Below are positions 29,784-38,105 of a stretch of DNA of 64,000 nt, piece by piece. Where the stretch lies: the NCBI GenBank assembly GCA_026388155.1, contig JAPLKI010000025.1:220931-284930 (forward strand). Reading direction: 5' to 3'. Numbering within the stretch: position 1 is the stretch's first letter; every line of letters starts with the position of its first letter. Made by a program: the position numbers and the translations under genes. A model generated the notes under the pieces. The model had not been told where the DNA came from. It saw only the letters and a program-made list of their open reading frames with translations, and searched no databases. Source of the DNA: Elusimicrobiota bacterium (lineage in GTDB: Bacteria > Elusimicrobiota > Elusimicrobia > Elusimicrobiales > UBA9959).

Positions 29784-29868
29784 GCCCCGCTCTTTTGGTG
29801 CACAACTCCGGGTTCTATAACCAAAGTGTTGCCCTATAAGCCTTGTGTTGCGGCCAAAAGGGCGGGGC
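29784..29868. mobile_element. MITE-like element family A (85 bp) in the 5' region of ftcd
   Basis: GCCCCGCTCTTTTGG...CCAAAAGGGCGGGGC, flanked by CT/CT. Confidence 0.75.
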
Positions 29869-30051
29869 CTGCGTAGGTACCGGAACAAGTCAGCGCTGAA
29901 GTTTTCCGCTCTCTTCCACTTCAGAACTTCAGCTCTAACTCACAGACAGCCCCAAAAAAGCCGGAAGACGCCTTCATACGGCGCGCTATATAAAACTATA
30001 TTATTAAAATTATACTAATTTTAGGAAACCGGTTAGCCCAGAAAACCGGTT

Positions 30052-31176
30052 TTATCGCGAGCCCTTTAGGAGTTCCCGGTAATAGGCCAGTGTACGCGCG
30101 CCCATTATTTCAACGGTAAATTTTTCCCGCACCAGCGCGACGGAGTTTTTGGAAAGTTCGGCGCGCAGCGCTTCGTTTTTAAGCAGAGTTTCCAGCCGGT
30201 CGGCAAGGGCGCCGGCGTCGCCGGGAGGGAAGAGCAGACCGGTAACTCCGTCCTTTACTATTTCAGAATTCCCGGAAATATCACTGGCGGCGGCCGGAAC
30301 TCCCATGGCCAGCGACTCCCTTATGCTGCCGCTCAGCGCTTCGCCTTTCACAGCCGCGTTCACGCTTACCGAAGCGACAGAAAGCAGACGCTCCACATCG
30401 TTCCGCTGGCCAAGAAAGCGGGCTTTTTCCGGCGGCAGCCCTTCAAGGGTGAAAAGCGCCTTAAGCTCAGGGGAATCCGTGTCGCGGCCCGCAAAAACAA
30501 GTATAAAATCCAGTCCCCTGGAGTAAAGCGTTTTGGCGGCTTTCAGCAATACATGCTGGCCCTTGTGGGCACTGAAGTTGCCTACCAATATTATAACCGG
30601 CAGACCTGGCGGCAGGCACAGTTCTTCCGTTATGGCAGGCGCCGGCGGCTGTGGAAAAAAGAGGGCGGTGTCGGTGCCGCTGTAAATGGTACGCACACGA
30701 TTTTCGGGCAGGCCATAGGCCGTAAGCAGGCCGCGTACCGATTCGGCCACAGCTATAAAACCGTCTATCAGGCTGCTTTTGTACTTTAGTTTGGCAAAGA
30801 AAGTGGTGATAATGGGGTGAGAAACCCTTCGCGTTACCAGGAAGACCGGTTTATGCCGCGCCCGAAGTTTTGCTATAAGGGCCATGGCATGGGCCTTGGG
30901 GTGATGAGCATGCAGGATATCCGGCTGCCTCTCATTTATCAGGCGGGCGAGCGCAAAAGCGGTTATAAGGTCATAGTCGCGGCAGGGCTTAAAATGGACC
31001 ACTTCAAAACCTTCCGCGGCGGCCTTTCGTCCGAGGTCACCGTCAGGGGGACAGGCAAAAATATTAAGCTGCCCGGCTTTGCGCAGTTGGCGCGCCAGGA
31101 AAAGGGCCTGAGCGGCGCCGCCGGTCCAGCCGGAACTCTCCGTTATATGCAGTATTTTTAATTTATGAGCGCTCAT
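30052..31176 (-). CDS. Glycosyltransferase family 4
   Basis: WTGGAAQ, HAHH, KGQHVLL, EALSGSIRESLAMG (E-x7-E). Confidence 0.9.
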   Translation of the reverse strand: MSAHKLKILHITESSGWTGGAAQALFLARQLRKAGQLNIFACPPDGDLGRKAAAEGFEVVHFKPCRDYDLITAFALARLINERQPDILHAHHPKAHAMALIAKLRARHKPVFLVTRRVSHPIITTFFAKLKYKSSLIDGFIAVAESVRGLLTAYGLPENRVRTIYSGTDTALFFPQPPAPAITEELCLPPGLPVIILVGNFSAHKGQHVLLKAAKTLYSRGLDFILVFAGRDTDSPELKALFTLEGLPPEKARFLGQRNDVERLLSVASVSVNAAVKGEALSGSIRESLAMGVPAAASDISGNSEIVKDGVTGLLFPPGDAGALADRLETLLKNEALRAELSKNSVALVREKFTVEIMGARTLAYYRELLKGSR

Positions 31177-31283
31177 TTTCAGTTTGACATGAAAAGGTCC
31201 AATGCACGCGGTAATTATAGTAAATAAGCCGCACCGCGGAAAAAAACCGGCAAAAGACTTTCAGTCCCCAAGAACCCTTATAT

Positions 31284-31368
31284 AAACGAAAAACCCGCTT
31301 TTGGCGGGTTTTCGCTTCCCCTTTTTCGGGGAGTTCACATGTGGCGGTCCCTTTTGAGGTTAACAGCC
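31284..31368 (-). ncRNA. Candidate small RNA, copy A (unnamed)
   Basis: Promoter upstream, three predicted hairpins, terminal CCCGC/GCGGG-U-tract terminator, homologous to 33941-34028. Confidence 0.65.
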
Positions 31369-31374
31369 ATACAT

Positions 31375-31403
31375 AGTATGGCAGATACTGTTTGACTTGT
31401 CAA
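31375..31403 (-). promoter_or_regulatory. Sigma70 promoter TTGACA-17-CATACT
   Basis: -35 at 31403-31398, -10 at 31380-31375. Confidence 0.7.
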
Positions 31404-31411
31404 GGGGTAAA

Positions 31412-31999
31412 CTATAACCAAGCACTGACTACGAACATCAACCCTAAATTATCGGCCGAATCAAGGTTAAAACCACCGCCTTTCATATTAAAAACGTGCT
31501 GCCAGCGCGCTTCCAACGAGGCCCTTGAGCCGAACCAGAACGGATAGCGCACCCCCCCGCCAAGCAATATGCCGGGACTGGCGCCGGAAGCCGAGGCGCA
31601 GGAAACCCCGGCGATTTTAAATGAATTTTGCGTCCACTGATAAAATCCTGCGCCGACAAAGCTGTAATAGGAATGCCCGCCCTTCAGATACGAAGCCCTC
31701 AGATAAGCCACAAGCGAGAATATTTTTATGTTCAGGTCAGGTATTTTTTTGTTCTTATGGCCCGTGGACATTGAACTGTCAAGACCATAGCTCAACAAAT
31801 CATCCAGCGGTTTTTCAAGCGACACTTTAAAAGCCGGGGCAGACCTGAAACCGGCGTTTTTATCTCCCCAACGCCCTCCGAACGGGATATCGGAGCCGTA
31901 ACCTGCGGACAAGCTGTAATCCGACGCCGAAGCGGGAGCCCCGGCGCATGCAGCCGCAAGGCAAAGCAGAAACGATAAAAAGACATATTTAACAGTCAT
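31412..31999 (-). CDS. Outer-membrane beta-barrel domain protein
   Basis: Signal peptide, alternating aromatic/glycine beta strands, GAGFY, C-terminal aromatic. Confidence 0.65.
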   Translation of the reverse strand: MTVKYVFLSFLLCLAAACAGAPASASDYSLSAGYGSDIPFGGRWGDKNAGFRSAPAFKVSLEKPLDDLLSYGLDSSMSTGHKNKKIPDLNIKIFSLVAYLRASYLKGGHSYYSFVGAGFYQWTQNSFKIAGVSCASASGASPGILLGGGVRYPFWFGSRASLEARWQHVFNMKGGGFNLDSADNLGLMFVVSAWL

Positions 32000-32058
32000 C
32001 GAAAAAAGGACCGGGCTGCCGGCGGGCCGGAGACAGAATTAAGTTTGATTTCCAGCCG

Positions 32059-32589
32059 TTATTTTTTATCTGTTTTTTTGATATTCTTTACCAATTCAGG
32101 GTGGTCTTTCCTGAACTGATTCATTTCTTTCTTTTGAATGTCCTTCAGGAACTTCACGGCTTCTTTATATCCCTTTTTTTTCGTTTCCACGGCTTTGTGA
32201 ATTTCCTTACTGGAAGAGGCCTTCATCTGTTCCTTCAGCTGCCTGAGTTCTTCCTGCTGTTTTTTCTTCAGTTCGGCCATAGCCTGGCCCTGCTTCATTT
32301 TCATCTCCTCAATGCTGGCGGGCGCGGCAGGCTTTACAGCGACTTCGGGGACGGCGGCTTTTACATGAGCCGCCACAGTGCCCAACTCCGGAACGCCTGG
32401 ATCGGCCTGAAGCAGATTGGGTTGGAGTTCAGCGGGAGCGGAGACGTCTTTTTGCTCCTGCTTAGGCTCGGGGCGTGCGGGGGCGGCACCGGCCGGCGGC
32501 ACACCGGAAACAGGCAGGACCGGGGGATTCTGAGCGCAAACGCCGGCGCTTAAAAACCCAAGAACCATCAACAATACCGTCTTTTTCAT
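32059..32589 (-). CDS. Secreted hypothetical protein (Pro/Ala linker + Lys/Glu-rich coiled coil)
   Basis: MKKTVLL signal peptide with SD AGGAG. Confidence 0.65.
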   Translation of the reverse strand: MKKTVLLMVLGFLSAGVCAQNPPVLPVSGVPPAGAAPARPEPKQEQKDVSAPAELQPNLLQADPGVPELGTVAAHVKAAVPEVAVKPAAPASIEEMKMKQGQAMAELKKKQQEELRQLKEQMKASSSKEIHKAVETKKKGYKEAVKFLKDIQKKEMNQFRKDHPELVKNIKKTDKK

Positions 32590-32736
32590 TTTATTCTCCT
32601 TGAAAACAACCTGGCTGAACGTTAGAAAGGCTATTAGACTGAAGGAAGAATAGGCTGAAGGCAAAGCAGACTGAAAACTTCAACCTTCAATATAAACGCC
32701 TCTCTTTCTAACAGCCTTCAGTCTAAACAACCTGAT

Positions 32737-33813
32737 TTATTTAGGAACGACCCCCGTGCCTGCCCTGATTTTATCAAGGTTATAAACCCCGTCGCGCGAA
32801 ATAAATCCGGCCCCTCGCATGCCGCTGTCTTTTATAAAAAACGGCGTATCCAGATCTATAAAGTCAAACCCGCCAAGCCCGCCGGCGAACTGCGCGGCTA
32901 CTCCGGAGGCGAGTTCGGTTTCAAGCATTTCGCCCATCATCAGCTTTACGCCTTTTGCTCTGGCCAGCGTCCAGACCTCACGCGCCTTGAGGAAGCCGAA
33001 TTTGGTAAGTTTTATATTTACCGCCGTAACCGCTTTAGCGGCGAGCAGGCGAAAAACTTCATTAACGGAATAAGCGCTTTCGTCGGCGCACACGGGCATT
33101 TTAAGTTTCTTTGAAAGCCAGGAGAGGCCCTCAAGATCATTTTTAGCCACCGGCTGTTCAAAGACCGCCGGCACAATGCCTTTTTTCCCGAGAGCCGCAA
33201 TGAATTTCTGCGCCTCAGCCGCCGTATAGGCGCAGTTGGCGTCAAGGTAAATATCGCAGCCGGGCGCGGATTTATTCACCGCTTCAAGCCGCCGCATATC
33301 CTCATCAAAGTCAATCCCCACTTTTATCTTGAAAATTTTAAAGCCCGCGCGGCGCATTTTCAGCGTGAAGTCACGGGCCTCGGCCGCGCCGCCTATCACC
33401 ACGGTAATGTCGGTTTTAAGGCGGGCCTTGGCGCCGCCAAAAAAGCGCCAGAGGGAAATATCCAGCCTGCGGCAGGCCAGATCGAGCAGAGCTGTCTGCA
33501 CCGCCGCCAAAGCCGCGCGGCGGGAATCCAGTATTTCCTCAAGAGCGCAGAAAAGCTTTAAATAATCAGCCGAATCTTTGCCCTCAAGATACTTTGCGGC
33601 CATATTCAGGCCTTTACGCGTGCTCTCAAGGGTTTCGCCGGTAATATGGCTTGCCACCGCGGCTTCCCCCCAGCCGGTAAAGCCGTCTTTTGACTTGACG
33701 GAAAAAAGCGCGTTTTCAAGACTTTTATGGCTGCCGCTTGAAATGGTAAAGGGAGTAAACAGATCCGCCCGCAGGACGCGTTCGGCACAGCCGGTTATAA
33801 GCGAGGTTTTCAT
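32737..33813 (-). CDS. Dipeptide (L-Ala-D/L-Glu) epimerase, enolase superfamily
   Basis: FTISSG, KIKVG, DAN, EQP, ADES, NIKLTK, DLD. Confidence 0.88.
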   Translation of the reverse strand: MKTSLITGCAERVLRADLFTPFTISSGSHKSLENALFSVKSKDGFTGWGEAAVASHITGETLESTRKGLNMAAKYLEGKDSADYLKLFCALEEILDSRRAALAAVQTALLDLACRRLDISLWRFFGGAKARLKTDITVVIGGAAEARDFTLKMRRAGFKIFKIKVGIDFDEDMRRLEAVNKSAPGCDIYLDANCAYTAAEAQKFIAALGKKGIVPAVFEQPVAKNDLEGLSWLSKKLKMPVCADESAYSVNEVFRLLAAKAVTAVNIKLTKFGFLKAREVWTLARAKGVKLMMGEMLETELASGVAAQFAGGLGGFDFIDLDTPFFIKDSGMRGAGFISRDGVYNLDKIRAGTGVVPK

Positions 33814-33940
33814 ATCAGTTAAGGCTCCAGTTCTTCTTGTACTGCCGTTGAAATATATTTAAATATATAAGACGGGGCAAAAGCAAGGCGGCGGATTTCC
33901 GCAGTTTCTTTCGGCTTGAAATAACGCCTGTCAGTCTGCT

Positions 33941-34028
33941 AAACGAAAAACCCGCTCGTCGCGGGTTTTCGCTTCCCCCATAAGGCAGGGGGACTTGCCA
34001 TTTGGCGGACAGCCTTAGGCTGACGGCC
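33941..34028 (-). ncRNA. Candidate small RNA, copy B (unnamed)
   Basis: Same architecture and conserved blocks as 31284-31368. Confidence 0.65.
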
Positions 34029-34034
34029 AAAAGA

Positions 34035-34063
34035 AGTGTAGCACATGAATCTTGACTTGTCAA
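34035..34063 (-). promoter_or_regulatory. Sigma70 promoter TTGACA-17-TACACT
   Basis: -35 at 34063-34058, -10 at 34040-34035. Confidence 0.72.
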
Positions 34064-34077
34064 GGGGGCACGGACCG

Positions 34078-35337
34078 CTAATTTTTATACCACACCATGT
34101 AGTCATTGCCCTGCGCGGTCAATGTCCAGCCGGGGCCGGGATCCCAGCTCTGCCCGCCAAGCTTGACCGCCAGCTTATTGTCTATTACAGCAGCATAGAG
34201 ATTCTGCGAAGCCTGTATGATGCTTACGCTGCTTGAAGAATTTATTCCCAGGGATTTTCTTATTTTGGCAAGCCTTGTTATTTCGTCTTTCAGTCCCCAG
34301 TCAAAAAAATGAGACCAGAAGATGCACGGGACGCCGGGATGGGTCAAAATATAAGCGTAGCCCTGCATTACCTTGTCGGAAGGGAAGGGCCAGGACTTGG
34401 AAGAACTCGCATTGAGCGTGGTATCATGGTTGTCCACGAAAGTCACGGCGTTGTCCGGCCACCAGCCGATAAGGCCGGACGGGCGGCCGCTTGCGTCTTT
34501 CAGCCGCCAGTATTCGCCGGAAGCGACGGCCTGCTGAAGTATGCCCTTGGTCGTAAAATCAAATACTTTTATTTCGCCGTTGACCGAATCCATCCAGCTG
34601 GCTAAAGCCTGCCTGTGAGTATCGGTATTGTTAAGGTCAAGGTCGTCCCATATTTCGGCCACGGCAAAAACCGGTTTTGTGGCCCTGTTGTACATAAGCA
34701 TGTATTTGGAATCGTAGCCGCGGGCAAAATCGTAGCGCCAGCCGTCGTAGCCGACGGAAGTTCTCAGCCAGGTCATCCATGCGGTTATATCCTTCTGCAC
34801 GGCAGCGTTGGTATGATCCAGGTCACGCGCGAAAGGCACTCCCTTGCCGGTATCCGGCGCACCCCTGCCCTTCCCCCACTCGTCATCGGAGCAAACCGAT
34901 TCCGGACCCCACGCCGGGTCGGTGAAGTCGGCCCAGCCCTTGGTTCCCACACGGTGGTTGATAACGATGTCGGCTATAACCCGCACCCCTTTGGCGCGCA
35001 AAGCGGTTATGGCCGAGGCAAGTTCGACCGAAGAACCGTATTTGGAGTCCTGTATATAAAGCCTTCTGGGCAGATAGCCCTCGTCGCTGGCCGAGTCTGA
35101 GGAAGGCGGCAGCCAAACCAGGTTTATTCCCGCCCGGGACATATCGCCGGCCCTGCTCTCTACCGTGTTCCACCAGGGAGAGGTTTTCCATGAAGTCCAG
35201 TTAAAACCCTGAAGCATGATGGTGGAATCAAATCTTGGGACCGATGAGCCGGGGTTATGAACGGAAGCACAAAAAACTCTGCCGCCTGAAAGAGGCAGCA
35301 GTAATAGCACGGTGGCCAGCAGTTTTTTCACTTTCAT
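34078..35337 (-). CDS. Secreted alpha-amylase, GH13 (plant-type-like)
   Basis: Signal peptide; LQGFNW, DIVINHR, GWRYDFARG, AEIWD, FVDNHD, YILTHPG. Confidence 0.9.
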   Translation of the reverse strand: MKVKKLLATVLLLLPLSGGRVFCASVHNPGSSVPRFDSTIMLQGFNWTSWKTSPWWNTVESRAGDMSRAGINLVWLPPSSDSASDEGYLPRRLYIQDSKYGSSVELASAITALRAKGVRVIADIVINHRVGTKGWADFTDPAWGPESVCSDDEWGKGRGAPDTGKGVPFARDLDHTNAAVQKDITAWMTWLRTSVGYDGWRYDFARGYDSKYMLMYNRATKPVFAVAEIWDDLDLNNTDTHRQALASWMDSVNGEIKVFDFTTKGILQQAVASGEYWRLKDASGRPSGLIGWWPDNAVTFVDNHDTTLNASSSKSWPFPSDKVMQGYAYILTHPGVPCIFWSHFFDWGLKDEITRLAKIRKSLGINSSSSVSIIQASQNLYAAVIDNKLAVKLGGQSWDPGPGWTLTAQGNDYMVWYKN

Positions 35338-35394
35338 AACCCTATATACATTTCTATCACATATAAAGATTTTGTCAAGGGCCAATTGGGCAGG

Positions 35395-35533
35395 GGGTAG
35401 GGACTCGAGACTAGGGGTTAGCGGTTGGCGGTTAGGGAAGGAGTTTCTTACACTAACCGCTAGCGGCTAGCGGAGAGGGCGAGGAGTAAAGAACTCCTTC
35501 CCTAAACCCCTAACCTCCAGCCCCTATACCCTG
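35395..35533. repeat. Double family B palindrome (cores 35435-35444 and 35493-35502, inverted)
   Basis: GGGAAGGAGT and ACTCCTTCCC with heptamer arms. Confidence 0.72.
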
Positions 35534-35535
35534 CT

Positions 35536-36720
35536 TTATGCTAATTTTTTTCTCAGGTAATCAGCCCGCAAGGCGTCGCGTTCTGACGGGGAAAGCTGCC
35601 CGCCCCGCACTTTGGCCGATCCCATCGCGGAAAAAGTGCGGGATTTTCCGCTTGCAAGCTGCACATGGGCCGGCTGCATTAAAAGCGTCAGCTGGTTAAG
35701 CGTGTTGAAATCAAGGCCAAGCCCCGCACTTTTGGTTCCCAGACCATCGTCAATAGCCGCAGTCTCGCCGCTAACCGGCCGCTTTTTATCCCAAAAGGGC
35801 GGGGTAAACCTGCAGCCCATGGCAAGCCCCAGTCGCACCAAAGAAACATGCCGCATAAATTCCTGATAGGACATGAGCCTCGCATTCTTCAGCATACCAT
35901 AGGCGCGGTAAACAGCATCCTCCGTTTTCAACCTGTCCCCGCCCTTAAGAAGGGTTTCTCTGGCGGATATCTCCCTGCTTATGAGGTTTTTTATTGCGCG
36001 GTCCAGGCTTCTGCAGAACTCTTCCTCGCTCTTTCCCAGGCAGACGGCGTTTGAGATCTGGTAGAAATCACCCAGAATATAGGTGCCCTCGCCGTAAATG
36101 CCTCTTGCGGTAACGCCAAGACTGGAAAGGCTTTCAAGAGTTTCGGGTATGTATCCAAGGCGGGAAAGCGCGGGCAAATGGGCAAGACACGACACCCTGA
36201 GTCCTGTCCCCGCATTTGCGGGGCTGGCGGTAAGGCAGCCGAATTTATCGCTGCAGGCGTAAGGCAAAATCCTGCCGAGCGAACTTTCAAGTTTTTCCGC
36301 CGCGGCGAAAGCTTCTTCTATTGCAAGGCCGGCGACGATGCTTTGCACGCGCAGATGATCTTCTTCATTTACCATCACGGAAAGGCTTTCGTCGCCGCTG
36401 ATCACAACGCCCGCGGGCCGGATCATGGCGGACAGGGCATGCGAAATATGGTGGCGTTCCGCCAGAATTTGTTTTTCGAATGGAGAAAGCGTTTCGGTTT
36501 TAAGGTAACATGACCCCGGAAAAAAACCGCAGGCTTTTACAGCCTTGAACGCCAGGTCACGCGCGGAAAGCAGGGAGGAGGCGTGGGCGCGGTGCGGAAA
36601 CGGAAAACCGGAAAAGTTGCGCGCGAAGCGCACCCGGGTTGAAAATATCATTTCCGGGCAGCTGCCGCGCGAATTCGCCCAGTTAACGGCAGACCCGAAA
36701 GAGTCGGTTATTTCCGGCAT
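35536..36720 (-). CDS. mcsB: Protein arginine kinase McsB-like (ATP:guanido phosphotransferase) with two repeat-derived insertions
   Basis: STRVRFARN, ERHHIS, VMVNEEDHLRVQ, GTGLRVS, RGIYGEG, YQISN; adjacent to mcsA. Confidence 0.9.
   Translation of the reverse strand: MPEITDSFGSAVNWANSRGSCPEMIFSTRVRFARNFSGFPFPHRAHASSLLSARDLAFKAVKACGFFPGSCYLKTETLSPFEKQILAERHHISHALSAMIRPAGVVISGDESLSVMVNEEDHLRVQSIVAGLAIEEAFAAAEKLESSLGRILPYACSDKFGCLTASPANAGTGLRVSCLAHLPALSRLGYIPETLESLSSLGVTARGIYGEGTYILGDFYQISNAVCLGKSEEEFCRSLDRAIKNLISREISARETLLKGGDRLKTEDAVYRAYGMLKNARLMSYQEFMRHVSLVRLGLAMGCRFTPPFWDKKRPVSGETAAIDDGLGTKSAGLGLDFNTLNQLTLLMQPAHVQLASGKSRTFSAMGSAKVRGGQLSPSERDALRADYLRKKLA
35602..35644. repeat. Short family A element inside mcsB
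   Basis: GCCCCGCACTTTGG...AAAAGTGCGGG; read as SRTFSAMGSAKVRGG. Confidence 0.7.
35721..35805. mobile_element. 85-bp family A element inside mcsB
   Basis: GCCCCGCACTTTTGG...CCAAAAGGGCGGGGT, flanked by AA/AA; frame preserved. Confidence 0.78.
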
Positions 36721-36727
36721 TTATTCG

Positions 36728-37357
36728 CTATCCTAATTTCTTTATCTGGTCGCGCAGCCGGGCGGCTGTTTCAAAATCTTCCCTGTCAACGGCCGCTTTG
36801 AGCTCGGCGTTAAGCCCTTTAAGCCGGCGCGCGGTTTGTGCTTTGCGTTCCCGCTTCCCCGTTGCCGCACTGTCGCATTTTTCAAAGCTCTTTGCAGCCC
36901 GCGTCGCATAAACCTTTCCGGTATGCAGGCAGGAACCGTACGCGCGGGTAAGAAGCTCGCTTAACTGCGCGTCGAAGCTCACGTAGCACACGGAGCAGCC
37001 GAGTTTGCCCGTTTCCTTGAACTCTCTGTAGGTTAAAGCGCAGGCAGGACAATGCAGGGCCTTTTTCCCCGCCGGCAGGAATTCCTTGAAACAGCCGTTT
37101 ATGCCGCCTAATATATCCGGTATGTTCAAGGAACCGCTTTCATAGCCGGCGGGTACCGCCCCGCCCTTTTGGCCCGGAAAGCTGGGCTTATCACCCGACC
37201 TGTAATCTCCCACGCCGGTAGATTGTTCCAAAAGAGCGGGGCCCGCCCCTTTTTTGGCGGCGCATACGGCGCACAAATGGGCGTCGGTAACCTTGTTGTT
37301 TACCGCCATTTTAAGAAAAACAACGGCCTCGCGCCGGCCGCAATCCATGCAAAGCAT
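36728..37357 (-). CDS. mcsA: McsA-like protein (CxxC motifs + UvrB/C motif)
   Basis: MLCMDC, HLCAVCA, CPAC, GKLGCSVCY, EDFETAARLRDQIK. Confidence 0.9.
   Translation of the reverse strand: MLCMDCGRREAVVFLKMAVNNKVTDAHLCAVCAAKKGAGPALLEQSTGVGDYRSGDKPSFPGQKGGAVPAGYESGSLNIPDILGGINGCFKEFLPAGKKALHCPACALTYREFKETGKLGCSVCYVSFDAQLSELLTRAYGSCLHTGKVYATRAAKSFEKCDSAATGKRERKAQTARRLKGLNAELKAAVDREDFETAARLRDQIKKLG
37158..37242. mobile_element. 85-bp family A element inside mcsA
   Basis: GCCCCGCCCTTTTGG...CCAAAAGAGCGGGGC, flanked by CC/CC; read as GPALLEQ...GQKGGA. Confidence 0.78.
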
Positions 37358-38025
37358 TATGTTACGGCCTCAAGCCTGCCTCCTGAAAGATGGAAAACCC
37401 GGTCGGCGTAGGAAGCTGCGTCTTCGTTATGGGTCACCATAAGCACAGAAGCCCCGATAGAGTTGGCTTTTTTTAGATCGTCCAGAACTATTTTCGCGTT
37501 ATGCCTGTCCAGATTGCCGGTGGGCTCGTCGGCTATCAGCAGGCCGGGATTGTTTACGAGGGCCCTTAAAATAGCCGCGCGCTGTTTTTCTCCGCCTGAG
37601 ATCTCCATAGGAAATTTGTGCGCCAGCGCCTCAAGCCCGAAGCGCCGCAAAAGTCCGACTGCACGCGAGGTATCCCCGCGCCCGGCAATCCTTAGGGGCA
37701 TGTCAATGTTTTCAAGCACCGTGAATTCCGGCAGGAGCGAGTCGAACTGAAACACGAAACCTATGTTTTTCAGCCGAAGAACCGCTTTTTCGCTTTCGCT
37801 CAAAAGCTCGAGCTTGCGGCCATAAAGGCGTATTTCCCCGCTATATGAATCGTCAAGCAAGCCTATCAGATTGAGAAATGTGGATTTGCCGGAACCGGAA
37901 GGACCAAGGAGCACGATAAATTCCCCCTTACGGGCAAAGAAATTTATCTCTTCAAGTACCTGTACCTGCTCGTGCCCCTGCACATAAGCCTTGCTCAGAC
38001 CGGTTATTTCTACGATTTTATCCAT
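37357..38025 (-). CDS. lolD: Lipoprotein-release ABC transporter ATP-binding protein
   Basis: GPSGSGKS, IGFVFQF, ISGGEKQR, ADEPTGNLD; follows lolC/E. Confidence 0.85.
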   Translation of the reverse strand: MDKIVEITGLSKAYVQGHEQVQVLEEINFFARKGEFIVLLGPSGSGKSTFLNLIGLLDDSYSGEIRLYGRKLELLSESEKAVLRLKNIGFVFQFDSLLPEFTVLENIDMPLRIAGRGDTSRAVGLLRRFGLEALAHKFPMEISGGEKQRAAILRALVNNPGLLIADEPTGNLDRHNAKIVLDDLKKANSIGASVLMVTHNEDAASYADRVFHLSGGRLEAVT

Positions 38026-38039
38026 AGTTAAACGGCAGA

Positions 38040-38105
38040 GAATAGTGGCGAGAGATTAGCGGTACTCCTTCCCCAACCTCCAGCCGCTAGCCTCTATCCT
38101 CTGCC
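38040..38105. repeat. Family B palindrome (core 38064-38073)
   Basis: ACTCCTTCCC with heptamer arms. Confidence 0.65.

Noticed and set aside
29768..29824. N-terminal extension of FTCD in the ORF track
   Set aside because: Derives from the MITE-like element; the SD and the conserved N-terminus support ATG 29767.
33815..34063. 82-aa ORF (and a 20-aa ATG ORF) across candidate sRNA B
   Set aside because: Starts in the promoter, crosses a terminator, and is not conserved in copy A (ATG-TGA).
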